NCBI GenBank assembly: GCA_051294375.1
Contig: CM119266.1
Span: 27,295,017 to 27,359,016, forward strand
DNA length: 64,000 nucleotides
Source: Paraspadella gotoi
Lineage: Eukaryota > Animalia > Chaetognatha
Direction: 5' to 3'
The notes under the pieces are model-generated. The model saw only the letters and a program-made list of their open reading frames with translations, had not been told where the DNA came from and did not search any database. Every line of letters begins with the position of its first letter. Within the stretch, counting starts at the first letter, position 1. Of this stretch, positions 14,501 to 28,790 are shown one piece after another. Position numbers and translations under genes: made by a program.

Positions 14501-15157
14501 GATAAGGGAGGGAGTTTTTACGAGAGAAAGATGGAAAAGAGGAACAGAGAAGAGCAGAGAGAGAGAGGAGAGAAAAATGTTGTAAAGGAAACAGACGAAC
14601 TTGAGAAACTTAGAATATACTAATGGAATATACTGTAGTCGGCCTAGGTTCACGCAGCCTTAAGCATGATACCATGAGTTTGCCGTGACCTCGTGGCCTC
14701 GTTGAGTAATAGCCGATTTCTCTGTGGAACGGCTAGGTCCCGGGGTTCATAGATTCCGCAGACACGGTACCCTATCTTGGGGCGGGAAAGGTGGATGATG
14801 GCCATATATAAGCCCCTTGACTTGAGGGGTGTGGAAAACCCTCAATCGCGCTGGTTTCCATTCAAGCCCAGGACCGTTCCCATCCGTTCCATGGTGCTAG
14901 AGGTGGTTAACAGAAGTTGCGGATGAGCAACTTTCCGTGTCTTATTAACTCGCTCTAACCATAATCTCCGCTGCTCAACTAAAATAACCATCTCCNNNNN
15001 NNNNNNNNNNNNNNNNNNNNTTCTTCTACTTCCTTCCTTCTTTCTTTTTCCTCTCGTGGTTTCTCCTCTCCATTGACCAGTTTCCGACTTTTAGGGGAAA
15101 TAATTAGATTTATGCAAATGTAGAAGGAAAAAAAACCAATCAAGACGACGGAGATCG

Positions 15158-15216
<59 letters not shown>

Positions 15217-18200
15217 TGCGCATTTGCTCTTTTTTTTTCCTCACGTCTGAGAGGAAAACAGGGAAATGGGAAAATGAAGAGTCTGAAGAAAAAAAGTTTG
15301 AAAAAAAAAGGAAGACAACTAGATAGTAGAGTGATGTGAAAATCAAAAAATTTTAGAAAATTAAAATTTAGCATATAAAACATGAAGGTTCGTCGTCGTC
15401 ATGGTCATCGTCTTCCTTTCTCTCCTGAGAGTGGAGTTGATCAAAACAGCTCCTGGGATTCTTTCTTCGGCGCACTGAAGGCGTGCGCGTGCTGCGCACC
15501 AGCCGCTGCCGCTGGACAGCCGCTGCCGCCGTCAGGCCGTAGCTGCCGCTTTCGCGCTGTCAGGGATGCGGCCGCTGGCACCGGTACCATGATCGTCGTG
15601 CACTGACGAGGGCGAAGGCCATTGTGTCGCGGAGTTTCAACGAGGGTCAAACAAATACAACACAAAGCCAACAACATACAACCACAACACACCGACAAAC
15701 TACTTGGTTCAAATTCGCTCCGGACTCTCGTGAAATCTTTTTTTTGGGGGGGGGAAGGAAGGGGTGTTTGGTAAAGCGTTTGGATAATTAAGTTTCTTTT
15801 TTTTTTCATCTAAATATTATTAAATATCTTCTTGTTCTCGAAACATACTTTTGTGTTGGGTAATGACTTAAAAGAAACGTACTTCGATGTAGTAATTCTT
15901 TCAAACTTTGATACATACAGATTCTAATTCTCATTTGACATTTATTTAAAAAATGGGCAAAAAAGCTAAACAACCGCCTGAGATGATTCTCGAAAACAGT
16001 TTGTTCTCTTTCAATTTGTTTAGTATGTTTAAGTTTGTTCCTCTTTCTCTTTTCTCGATTGTTTTCAAATTCTTCTAGCATACCCCCCCCAACATCCCTC
16101 CCCCTTGTCGTCTTCAACCTTCTCACTTTCTCGCTTCTTATCTTTCTCTCTCTTCTTTTCTTCATCTTCTTCTTCTTTCTTTTCCTCTGCGTGGTTTCTC
16201 TCTCCATTGACCAGTTTCCGACTTTTAGGGAAATAATTAGATTATGCAAAGTGTAGAAGGAAAACAAAACATCAAGACGCGGAGATCGATCCGAGAGAGA
16301 GAGAGAGAGAGAGAGAGAAGCAGAGAGGAGAGAGAGGCAAACTGCGGCATTTGCTTCTTTTTTTGCTGTACGTCCTAAAGACACGGGAATGAATTGCAAG
16401 AGGAATCAGGAAGGAGAATAAAGAGTCTGAAAAAAAAAGTTTGAAAAACCTAGGCCACACTAGTAGTCAGAATGATAGAAGCAATCAAAAATTTTAGAAA
16501 TTAAATTTGATTAAAACATGAACCACTTAAAAACAATTAAAAATTTTTGGTAAATTTCTAGTTTTTTATTTTATACATTAGTGGGCACCGTGAGCATATA
16601 GATTATATAATAATAAAGCTATATAATAGGACTGAAATTGTCAAAATACAAAATTTTATAAAATTACAGATCGGATTTTCTGGAGTTCTTGCAACACAAC
16701 CTTACTTAATAAGAGAAAGTACAATTCTTTTTTTAAAAATTCGTTTCATTAAGCTAGTCAAAGAATGTGAAAAAACTATATTTAGACGGCGCCATTATGA
16801 ATATTCTCACAGGCTAAAAAGTTATTAGTTTTTTAAGTAATTTTAACCCTAAGACCTATAATGACCTAAGATTTTTGGAAAAAGAAGTTTATCTTTCTTT
16901 ATTAACTTATAAAACAAGGAATCTGAATATCTGTTACTCTCAATTGAAAAAAAAAAAAACATTTTTGAAATTTTGACATATATATAAGGGTAGTACTATA
17001 TACAAATAACGCTGCTGGCGCTACCCTAAATTTATTAAAAAAAACGATAATAAACTAAGTAAAGATTAGTATTCACTAATATGATATTTTCAAGATATTA
17101 ACTGCTTAAATTTTTGATGTCCAACTTTCACTTCACCCTACTAGATAGAAGTTACAGGTCTCTACTCTCTCTATCTGTCTGTCTGTCCGTATTGTCTGTG
17201 TGGTGAGCCCATTGCTCCTCTTGTTTTTTTTCTCCGCCCCCAGACACCCTAGGAAAGTTTCTCTTCACTTCCTCCTTTTTTCTCTCTGTTTCTTTTTGAT
17301 CTATTTTTTCTTCTTTTATTTTCATTCCGCTCCCACAAGGTATTTCTTTCAACCCCACTTTCTTTTTAAAACTTACCCCATTTTTTTTCAATCCGCTCTG
17401 ACCCCTTATTCCTCTCCCCCCTCGAGCTTTGTTTTTTGGGTTCAAACGCCGAACGAACGGGCGGAAATTGATGGAGAGAGAATTGGAAGGAAACGAGAAA
17501 AGAAACTAATTGGGTTTCGCGCTTCGGTGAGCACTTACCCGTCCCTCCCTTATCTCTTAACCGTCTTTCCAACGATCAACTCAAATCGGAACTGAAGACG
17601 AAATACTATTATTTATATTTTATAATCGACTCTCATTACTTTGCTTTTATTAACTTTATANNNNNNNNNNNNNNNNNNNNNNNNNTTATATCAACATCCG
17701 GGTTTACGGTGATCACCAGCGAGGTGGAACATCATAACTACCACTGGCGTCGCTGCTCCGTTACTGTTACGCTTCGCAAACGCATTGGAAAGTCGTCAGG
17801 GCTGTGGAAAGAACGCAGGGTTGAGATGGTGAGCCACCGAGATCGGCTGAAGGATGTTGGAGGTGAGGCCTTGTGAATATATCGCCACAATGTTGTTATC
17901 TTTTACAAGATCGCTCACCTTGTCCGATGTTTTACTCTAGGTGTTCTTACACAACTTTCAACTCATTATTTTTTTTATATTATCATTATTAATTATCCTT
18001 AAGTATCATCTGTTCTTCGATTTTCCATGTTGAGCGGCGATTTTAAAAAGGAATTAAAATAAGGCGTAATTAAGTAATTTAGTCTTGCGACTGTGATTCG
18101 ACGGTGAGGCGAGTTTCGACGATCACGTCACGCTACGCGCATTCGTAGTGGTCCGTGCTGTTTAGTGAACGGGCGGAAGGATGCCAAAAGGAATTATTCT

Positions 18201-18820
18201 TTTAATGCAGTGACCTGACCCGCTTTGACCTGCAGCTGCCCAGTATCTAACCTTTTTTTTGGTTAGACATTTATTTACCTTTTCTTCCTCTTGTTTCCAA
18301 CTTACCTCTCTCCGCCGTCTCCTCCCGCTCTCCTCTTCCAATTCCTATTTTGTTTCCGATCTTCTTTCTTCGAGTTATTCGTCCGAATAAACAGAAAAGA
18401 GCTCAGTCACGGCAAACTCCGCCATAATAAAGATTTAAAGATTTTCGATTTTCGCGGGGTTTTTTTCCTCCCGTCCTCCTATTCCTGATACCCCATTCCT
18501 TCCAGCCCTCACCCGCTAAAAAAAAGGGTCAAAGGTCAAATTGAGAAGATGAAAAAAATCGGTGGACGAACGGGAAAAAAAAGAGACGGTGGGGTGATAG
18601 AGTGGTGAGCGAGAAGGGGGAGGGGGCAGGGCGGTTGTACGTAGGGGCGGAAGTGGATCTGCGCTAGTGAGGTAGGCAAGTAAGAGACTAAGGCCGGTGG
18701 GAAGAGAAGGGGCGTGGCGCCACCGGTGAAGACGAGCGCGCTCGAAGAAAACAAAGAAAAGGCTAAAAAATGGCCGAAAGATGTAAACATTCTGGACAGC
18801 TGAAACTGGAAAAGGAAGGC

Positions 18821-18917
<97 letters not shown>

Positions 18918-20467
18918 GGCGCGAAAACCGTTAAATTTAATGAGCGCGAACTCGTTGCGCGGCGACGCACGGCGCAAAACTCCCGCTACCCCGATACACA
19001 TTTCCGGCGGAGAATTTTCAAAGCCGCCCTTTCGAAATTTTTTCGATCATCAGACGAAATTTAATTTAATTTAATGGAGTGGAGGAAAACGAGGGCGGAA
19101 AATGAAATGAAATCAAGGATGAAAATTGAACCCAAGAAAACTGTTGAGGAACGAATCCTGTATTAAGAAATCTACGTAGCTAGATTTTTTATATGAAATT
19201 GGAACAACCAATATAATATAATATACAATATAATATATATATATTGTTATGAAGTATTTTTGACGCTTATAATAATTTGCATATTGCAGTTTCACAAAAT
19301 ATGAAAATTTAAGAAAAGCCATAACTATAGAAAAAATATTTTTATCTTTGAAGGGGCATTAAAAACAATTTTTTTAACTAAAACATTTTTGCAAGTGGAA
19401 TAAAAAAGTTATAAGCGAATTTTATGAGTTAAGTTTTTAACGGTTTCAATATATTTATAGAATTGAATTAAAAAACCTAATACCTTACAAATGACATGAG
19501 AAGTCTTAAAATTTAAATGGTTCTCCTAATAGTGTGAGAACCGTTGAATCTCAATAATATGTTATCGATGAATTGTTTGCTAGTCAAGGAAATCTCATTA
19601 TTTGTCATAAGATTTCTCTCCAGATGGAGGCTAAAAAATCCAATATCGCATTAGCTATATCTTCCCCACCTCAAATATTACCTCCAGACTTTTTCTCGTG
19701 AAAAACGGGCAAGATCTCACAATCAACGTCCCTCAGAACAAACTTCTTCCATCTCCCGGCGTCCGGCTTCTATTTCAAGCATTTTCCACCTCTCCCCGCC
19801 TTCGCTCAAAGAGAGAGGATCAGCTGCCCGTATCCTAACGCTTTTTTGGTTAGACATTTATTTACCTTTCTTCCCTCTTGTTTCCAACTTACCTCTCTCG
19901 CGCGTCTCCTCCCGCTCTCCTCTTCCAATTCCTATTTTGTTTCCGATTCTTCCTTTCTTCGAGTTATTCGTCCGAATAAAACAGAAAAGGAGCTCAGTCA
20001 CGGAAAACTCCGCCATAATAAAGATTTAAAGATTTCGATTTTCGCGGGGTTTTTTTTCCTCCCGTCCTTCGCTATTCCTGAACCCCATTCCTTCCAGCCC
20101 TCACCGCTAAAAAAAAGGGTCAAAAGGTCAAATTGATGAGATGAAAAAAATCGGTGGACGAACGGGAAAAAAAAGACGGTGGGTGATAGAGTGGTGAGCG
20201 AGAAGGGGGAGGGGCAGGGCGGTTGGTACGTAGGGGCGGAAGTGGATCTGCGCTAGTGAGGTAGGCAAGTAAGGAGACTAAGGCCGGTGGGAAGAGAGGG
20301 GCGTGGCGCCACCGCGGTGAAGAACGAGCGCGCTCGAAGGAAAACAAAGAAAAGGCTAAAAAATGGCCGAAAGATGTAAACATTCTGGACAGCTGAAACT
20401 GGAAAAGGAAGGCAGGAGAGAGAGAGGAGAGAGAGAGAGAGAGATGAAGGAGAGAGAGAGAGAGGAG

Positions 20468-20518
<51 letters not shown>

Positions 20519-22429
20519 AATGGCGCGAAAACCGTTAAATTTAATGAGCGCGAACTCGCGTTGCGCGGCGACGCAGCGGCAAAACTCCCGCTACCCCGAT
20601 ACACATTTCCGGCGGAGATTTTCAAAGCCGCCCTTCGAAATTTTTCGATCATCAGACGAAATTTATTTAATTTAATGGAGTGGAGGAAAACGAGGGCGGA
20701 AAATGAAATGAAATCAAGGATGAAAATTGAACCCAAGAAAACTGTTGAGGTACGAATCCTGTATTAAGGAAATCTACATATCTACGGGGGCTTAAACAGT
20801 ATATTATAAGCTAGATTTTTTAATATGAAAATTGGTAACAACCAATATAATATAAATTATAATATATATACATTATATATATATTATTATGAAGTATTTT
20901 GGACGCTTTAATAATATTGCATATTGCAGTTTCAACAAATATGAAAATTTAGAAAAGCACAAAACTATAGAAAATAATTTTAATCTTTGAAGGGGCATTA
21001 AAAACAATTTTTTTTAAAGCTAAAAAGTATCATTTTTGCAAGTGGAATAAAAAATTATAAGCGAATTTTTTATGAGTTAAGTTTTTAACGGTAATTAGTT
21101 TTCAATATATTTATACAGAATTGAAATTAAAAACCTAATAACCGTTACGAATGGACATTAGGAAGTCTTTAAAATTTAATGGTTTCTCCTAACAGTGGTG
21201 AGGAACCGTTGATGCTCAATAATATGTTAATCGCATGAATTGTGTTGCCATAGTCAAAGAAATCTCATTATTGTGTCTATGAGAGTTTCTCTGCCAGATG
21301 GACGGCTAAAAAATCTAATATCGGCAATTTAGGCTATATCTTCGCCGCACCTCATATTATTACCTCCAGACTTTTTCTGAAGGTGAAAAACTGGGCGAGA
21401 TGCTCAGCCAATCAACCGTTCCGCTCAGAACGAAAACTTCTTCCATCTCTCCCGGCGTCCGGCTTCTATTTCAAGGATTTTCCCACCTCTCCCCGTCCTT
21501 CGCGCTTTCCCAACCCCCACCCTCAATCTGCTACCGCCGCTCGTCCGCCTTCGCCCCCGCCGCGGAAACCCGTTTTGCGGCCGGATCTCCCCGACATTAG
21601 ACTCTTAAATTTTCTGGTTCCAAATCATTCGTTTTTGTGCGTGGTCTTTGACGTTAATGGGAAAGCGGGCGTCGTTTCGGGCTGCGGCGGGCGTCGCCCG
21701 ACGCTCGTGCCCGTCGCCGCAACCGCCTATCGCGCTTTTCTCCATGGTCGCCCGGGCCACGCGCGCCTTGACGNNNNNNNNNNNNNNNNNNNNNNNNNCG
21801 TCGCCGCCACCGCCACTGACGCCGCCGCTACTTTCTTCTCCGTTGGTTTTGACATCAATGTCGTACCCGTTGATTCGTGCGCGCTTTCCCGCCTAACTTC
21901 TCCAAACATCACAGCCTCAGTTAGAAATCTCCAACATGCAACATTTTAAGAAAATACATAAAAGGACCATTCATCACGTATGTTCCAAATATTTTTCTGT
22001 TACTGTTACCGAAAAACCACGATACCACAACTATCTCCAGAATGTAACTCCGGACCCCACTGTCTGCAGCACCGCCGCTTCCGCAAAGCTTTCCAACGAC
22101 GCAGCTTTCTTCAAAACGCTGCCGCATGTCCTTCCCTCAGATTTCCGCTTTTATTTTTTCGTCGACTGAACAAAAAGAGACAGAGACGGAGACAGAGACA
22201 GAGACAGAGACGCCGTCGACAGAGAGACGAACGGGGAAAAAAATGGGGTCGTAAACGGCCGAGTCGGAGGCCGCGTTAATCGGTCTACGTTTACAATCCG
22301 CCGCGGCGTTTACTGCTCTTTCTCGACGGCGTCGATGGTCGTTGGCCCTTTTTTCGCCATCTTGTCAAACTGTGTGGCCGCTGATAAGGCTGATAAGGGG
22401 AGGGGTTTTTACGAGAGAAAGAATGAAAA

Positions 22430-22460
<31 letters not shown>

Positions 22461-22830
22461 AAATGTTGTAAAGAAACAAACGAACGAAACTAATATATAC
22501 TAATATAACTGTAGTCGGCCTAGGTTCACCCCGCCTATAAGCATGACACCATGAGTCGTGACCCTGTGGCTCGTTGAGTAAAGCCATCTGCTCGTGACCG
22601 CTAGGTCCCGGGTTCATATTCCAACCCGGTACCTATCTTGCGGGAAGCGTGATGATGGCCATAATAAGCCCCTTGACTTGAGGGTGTGGAAAACCCTCAA
22701 TCCTGGTTTCAAGCCCAGGACCCGTTCCATGGCTGCTAGAGGTGGTTAAAGAAGTTGCGGATAGCACTTTCGTTCTTTTAACTCGCTCTAACCACAATCT
22801 CCTCTCACAAAATAACCATCTCCCTAAACA
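7990..22830. repeat. Multi-kb near-duplicate blocks (probably redundant assembly of one ~7 kb locus)
   Basis: 7995-12060 matches 15385-19410; 10800-12060 matches 19820-21055; 13100-14995 matches 21100-22825; 8780-9170 matches 15021-15385. Copies differ mostly by scattered 1-nt indels and abut 25-N gaps. Confidence 0.85.
22556..22700 (+). mobile_element. tRNA-derived SINE head (noisier copy at ~14682-14850)
   Basis: A-box-like TGGCTCGTTGAG and B-box-like GGTTCATATTCC at tRNA spacing, with no full cloverleaf. The 3' extent is uncertain. Confidence 0.55.
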
Positions 22831-23319
22831 TAACCAGCTCACTACTCCCTCATTCACGCTCACCGAAATCTTCCTCACCCTCACCACCGTCTACCCCAAC
22901 ACTAAACAGGAAAAAAAAAGAATTCCGGCATTTCTCGTTTCTTTTTATTTTTCCGCTTTGAGGCGGCATGATTGATGACGTTCGTGATTGGACTCACGAT
23001 TTGAGACGATTTCACTTTCGGTTCTCGTCGTTGTTGTTGTCGTCGTCGCTAGGCGAATACCACGCTGTCTCGGCTTAACTTCTCCAAATGCCCATCTTTT
23101 TAGTCGGATCTGCTTATAAATCAGCAGATCCCGACTCTATAAAAAAAGCTCTAAAAAACGAGGACTGGGGGCCTACGTAAAAACGGACGCTTGGAACCCC
23201 GTCTTCCATGAACTGAACTGACAGAAGGCAGGGGGGGGCTACCCAATTTTTTGGGGTCTTTGGTCAAAATTCACTGATGGTGTTTTTATTAATGACTACT
23301 GCCTATTCCTACCAAGGTC

Positions 23320-23364
<45 letters not shown>

Positions 23365-24102
23365 CCCCTTCTCTCTTTACTCTTTTAAACAAATCATTTT
23401 TCTCGTTTTTTCACTTTTTGCTACTGTCGAAATATTTGGAAAAAAAAAATTCGTTTGTTAAATGCACTTTTCTCCATGATGAAAATATACCTTTATATTG
23501 AATTTTTTTAATATTTGACGAGAACTTTAAAGATTTATATTTAGTGAGCCCGTTTTGAGTTTAACTCGAACAGAATACAGTGAAAAATTGGATTACACTG
23601 TTTTTTTTTAACCATGCAGTCGAAAATTTTCACAATCCTGTACAGTTTCTAGTATAATTTTAAGTGCTTAAAACGATTAACAAGGTGTCGTCAATCAGAT
23701 TTTGCATTAGACCTACGCACCATTTACCGGAAGTTGGCGTGGACTACAATATGGAATTTTTCTTTTTACTACAAATGAAAAGTTTGGCAGTTGTTTTTTA
23801 CTTATCCTGCAATTAGTATAATTATTTAATAAGTAGTACTTAGACAAAAAATGTTCAAAAAAGGGTTTTCATCAATAGTGAGCATGTCTCAAACCGGAAA
23901 TAGTGTTCGATAATCAATTAAATATGTATTATTAAAAGTTTTTGATCTATTCTGACTGCTAATGGTTTTTTACTGTTATATGACAGCTTTATCACAAAGG
24001 ATTATCATCCAAATCATAAAAAAATCCTATCATATTTATCAATTATTACATCTTAAAAAGATTCGTTTTTTAATAGCCAAAGGAGTTTTAACTTTAAATG
24101 TA

Positions 24103-24223
24103 TAGCGAATTTTCCTTTCTTTTCGTTGTGTTTGGATTAGTAGAAATAAGTTTGAATTTATTTGCAACAACGATGTACTAATAAAATCGTTGTTGCAAAT
24201 AAATTCAAACTTATTTCTACTAA
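24103..24223. mobile_element. Short fold-back insertion with 14-bp target-site duplication
   Basis: Perfect 38-bp arms (24137-24174 / 24186-24223) around an 11-nt loop, flanked by the direct repeat taactttaaatgta (24089-24102, 24221-24234). Confidence 0.75.
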
Positions 24224-24935
24224 CTTTAAATGTAAATATTCAAAATTTCATTTCAATTTCATTCGATTAATGAGATTTTGCTAATTTTAACAATTCCTGA
24301 TTTTAATTTTTAATACCTTTTACTAGTTTTTTTTTTTCTTCAGTAATTTTTTTACTGGCATGCCATTTTTTTGCTCAAAAACTATAGCCGGAAGTTAGAC
24401 CCTTTTTTCATAAAGTTTTATGAATACCCTATTTTTAAGTTTTTCTAGGTGAAGAAGAAGAGAAACAATATCCATGCATCAAAGAGTTAATCAGATTTAT
24501 AATTTTCTTTTCTTTTCCTTAAAAAAAAAACCTTTAATCCAGCAATAAAAAAATTATCATTTATACCATTATGTGAAATCCTTTCTTTCGTCGCGTTTTT
24601 GAATTAGAAAGAGTTTGAAGTAGTTCAAGCAACGATTTTTCTTTAAACAGTGAAAATGTTTTTTTTTCAATATCTATCTCTCTCTCTCTGGCCTAAACCT
24701 AACCTGTCTTCACCTCGACCTCTATCCTTTTCTCAAATCTTTTAAATATCTATTAAATATTTTATTGTTTTGACAAGGAATAACAAATATTTAGTATTAA
24801 CCAATTCATAGTAGAATTTACAAGTTAATTTTTATTACTTTCATGCTAATATTTTGATTCTTATGAACAAGTCATTTTTCAAGGCAGTTCTTTTGTATTT
24901 TGCTTCTCTTTTTTCTCTCTCTCTCTCTACCTGAC

Positions 24936-26430
24936 TTTTTAGTCGGTTCTGCTTATCAGCAGATCCCGACTCTATTAACTTCACTTTGTCGGTCCGTCGG
25001 TACGCCCCCTCAATATTGTCGGGCACACACTTATATCATGTCAGAACATCGAATTTATGATAAATTAATGCAAAAAAATGATGTCCGTCTTCCGTCTGTC
25101 TGTCCGTCCGTCGCGTCCGTCCGTTCGTCCGTCCGTCCGTCCGTCCCGTCCCACCTTAGAAAAAAACTCTCAATTACTCGATGATTGGATGATCGGATTG
25201 GTATGAAATTTTGTGTGTGGGTAGGAAACTGTGTGATTGAGATGGATATGAAGTTTGAAGGAATCGTGCGAGGGAAATGGGTTTAAATGGAAAAAACAAA
25301 AAATATATTTCACTATTTGAAACGCCAATGTTGCTCATGAGTGGATAGGGCAATTGACTTGAAATTTTGTAAATGATGTAGGAAAGTGTGGTGATTTGAG
25401 CTGGATTATAAAGTTTCGATGGAATCGTGCCAGTGGAAATGAGTTAAGATGGAAAAAAGCAAAAAGTCATATTTTTTACCTTGAAGTATTTTTACTTAAA
25501 TTTACTCGATAATTATTATATGTTTATTAAAATTGGAGATAGATAAAATCGAAATTGAATTTTTGGTGTGTGAGTAGAAAAAGTGGGTGTGATTGAACCG
25601 GAAACGCAAGTTTCGATGGAATCTTTTGAAGTGGAAATGAGTTTTAAATGGAAAAAAACGAAAAACCTGTTTCACTAATTGATTATGATTCTTTTTCCCT
25701 TTTAATACTAAATGTATAATGGCAAGAATGGTATTAAATAAATCAATAATTAATCAGTTTATTAATCGAATTAGTTTATTTAATTAATCAATAATTAAAT
25801 AATCAGATCACAATCCCGTCCATCCGTCCCACCTTAGCAAAATGCTCCAATAAACTCGTGATTGCTGGTTGGATTAGAATGAAATTTTGTGTGGGGATAG
25901 TGAAAGTGTGTGATAAAGCTTGGGCATAGTATCGGTTTTCCGACGGAATCGTGTGAGTCGAAATGAGTTTAAGTGGCAAAAAACATTAAATCGCCATTTA
26001 CTAAAATATTTTTACTTATTTTAACGCAATAAGTATCTTCTAAATTAATTTTCATAATTGGAATGGATTGATTTTGAGTTTAAAATTTTTTTGTGTGGGG
26101 TTAAGAAAAATGTGTAAGCGATGCTTGATAATAAAGTATCGGTGGAAACGTACGAGTGGACAATGTAGTTTAAATGAAAAAATATGAGTCACATTTACTT
26201 GAATCATTTTTACTTATTTTTAACACCAATAATACGATTTGAGATGAAATTTTTGTGAGCGGGTAGGAAAGTGTGGTGAAGAAAGCTAGATTAAAGTTTG
26301 GACGGAATTGTGAAAAGTGGAATGAGTTTTAAATGGAAAAAAAACATAAGTCACATTTACTTGAATCTTTATTATTTATGATTACTAATAAATGTTTTAA
26401 TTAATTAATTAATTAATTAATTAATTAATG
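24936..26430 (+). mobile_element. DINE-1/HINE-like (Helentron-associated) non-autonomous element, family A
   Basis: T-run start, 5' hairpin agtcgg(t/a)tctgcttatcagcagatcccgact, (GTCC)n microsatellite, then about six ~150-300 bp spaced subrepeats (aaattttgtgtgtgggtaggaaagtg..gtggaaatgagtttaaatggaaaaaa). A 5' fragment lies at 23097-23141 and a reverse copy at 47660-48556. The 3' end is approximate. Confidence 0.7.
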
Positions 26431-27241
26431 TGAAAAAGTTAAATGGCAGTTTTAAAAAAATTATGCAAGTTGAAAAAATGATGCAAGCAGAATGATGCAA
26501 GTTAAAAAAATGCCTAAAAGCATAAGGATCGTTGCAATTGCTAGAAGAGAGAGAGAGAGAAAGAGAGAGAAGAGAGAAAAGAGAGAGAGAGGAGTAAGAG
26601 AGAGCAAAAATGAGCTAAGGATCGGTTGCCAATCGCAAAGAGAGAGAAGAGAGAGAAGAGAGAGAGAGTCGCGAGATTAAAAATTAGGCGAATAAAAAAA
26701 GTTGTTATTTTAACTCATTGAATAAAAATACTTTACAAAATACATAAAATTGATAAAAATTAATTATTGCCGATAAAGCATTGGTTTTATCAACATGCAA
26801 TATATATCTTAGTAAAGCGGGGCCAAAATTGAACACTATTTATAATAACTTCTAGTTCCTGCTCAAAAAAATTCTCTTTTTCGCTTCTAATACTACTAAA
26901 TCGATTTTCAATGTAACTTTTTGATTAGTTCATTGGTTATTATTTATTAATATTATAACAAATGACAAAAAAAATTTAAAAATGTGATTTTTATAAGAAC
27001 GGGTTCTTGTAGAGCTTAAAAGTTAAAAAATGAAAGTTAGTTACTATAATTTTTTCAAATTTTTGAACCAATAAATTGGTTAAAAATAAAAAAAAAAACC
27101 TTAAAATCATCATCATCATATTATTGGCCTGAATTTTAATTTATTTTTTAATTTTTCATTAAGCAAAACAAAAAAAATTTAAAAAAAAGTTTGCATTAAA
27201 TAACCTTTATATAAATTTTAAAAGCTCCTAATCATGAATTA

Positions 27242-27341
27242 NNNNNNNNNNNNNNNNNNNNNNNNNNNNNNNNNNNNNNNNNNNNNNNNNNNNNNNNNNN
27301 NNNNNNNNNNNNNNNNNNNNNNNNNNNNNNNNNNNNNNNNN
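27242..27341. other. Scaffolding gap (100 N)
   Basis: N run of exactly 100. Confidence 0.99.
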
Positions 27342-27455
27342 GTTGTTCATAATTGACTTTTAGAATTTTCGCATGTAACTTTCACTATGCCTTAATGCTC
27401 ATTATGGATTTTTCACGCCAGTTTTTGCGTCAAACCACTTCCGGATTTAAAAATT

Positions 27456-28790
27456 CAGGATTTTTGGGAAAAAATGAGCTGTTATTCAGCCAGCATACTT
27501 AAATTTATCAAAATAAAGTTACCAATTACCTCAATATTACATTTTTTGTTTTGGTTTATAAATAAGGTTATAAAAATATTATTACAAAAGGCTTCAAGTT
27601 AAAAAATCATTTTTTTAAGCCAAATCGGCCCTAACCAAACTACTCCACTAATTTTAATAAAATTTTACTATCTGGTTAATCAAATAGAACTGTCAAAGGA
27701 ATTTTAAATCTTTAATCTTTAAACCAAGATATTAGCTTTTAAAAAGTTTACCAAGTGATGCAAAAAGAAAGTAGCGAATTAGATGGAAAGCGACTTGGCC
27801 TTTGCGGTTAGCAAGCCTCTCACCCAACCCTAAATCGGGCCCTAAACAAACCTTTAATCTTAATCAGTTTTCCTAGCTTGGAATATCTAACCTAACCCTA
27901 GCCCTAACCTTAACGTGGGCTTCTTGTCTCACCCAAGAACCTCTCTCCTAACCTTAACCCAAGCTAGTGTACTTCCTGCTGAACCTTCACCCTAACCAAT
28001 TTCCCTGGCTGGTAACATCTGAAGAGAGCCACTTCCTTAGCCCTAACCCTAACCGAGGCCTCCTGTTTTAGATCGTGCCAGAACCCTAACCCTGCATCAC
28101 TCCAGAGACTCTCCACCAACCCTCACCTCAGCCTGAGGTTCACCTCTGAGCCTCAACTGAGGCATCCCTGCCTCTAGGCCATCAATAAGGCTAAACTTTA
28201 ATATTTAATTTCCTTCACCAGTAGCTTCCCTAACCCAAGCTTCATGTTCTTTTCTGACCCGGTCCAAAATTGCACTTAATCATGGCAACCGGGCCAAATG
28301 ATAATTTTGCTGTTAACTTGTACTAGGGACATTAAGATTAGGGTTGAGGCTTGCAAATGAATAAAAGGCCTGGGATAAGGTTTAGGTTGGGGGAAGTTAA
28401 GGGTTAAGGTTGAGTGGGAGGCTTGCTAGCCACAAAGGCCAAAGCGCATTCTATCTAATTAGCTACTTTCTTTTTGCATCATTTGGCAAACCTTTAAAGG
28501 CCAATATCTTGGCTTAAGGATTAAATATTTTAAATCCCTTAGAGTACTATTTGTATAACCAAATCTTACTTTCTTATAAAATCTTATTAGAATTTGTAGA
28601 GTAATTTGGTCAGGGACGATTTGGCTTAAAAAAATTAATAATTTCTAATTTTAAGTCTTTCGTAATAATAATTTTTTTACCTTATTAATAAACCACAAAT
28701 AAAATTTAGTAATAAGGTTATTAATAACTTTATTTTGATTTATTTAAGTATGCTGGCTGAATAACAGCTCATTTTTTCCCAAAAATTCTG
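27456..28790. mobile_element. Fold-back element with ~370-bp inverted arms and a degenerate (TAACCC)-rich core
   Basis: cagga tttttgggaaaaaatgagctgttattcagccagcatacttaaat is mirrored by atttaagtatgctggctgaataacagctcattttttcccaaaaattctg. Homology continues inward to ~27820/28420. Confidence 0.85.

Noticed and set aside
27880-28420. True telomere or interstitial telomeric array
   Set aside because: Motifs are sparse, degenerate and enclosed within transposon-like inverted arms.
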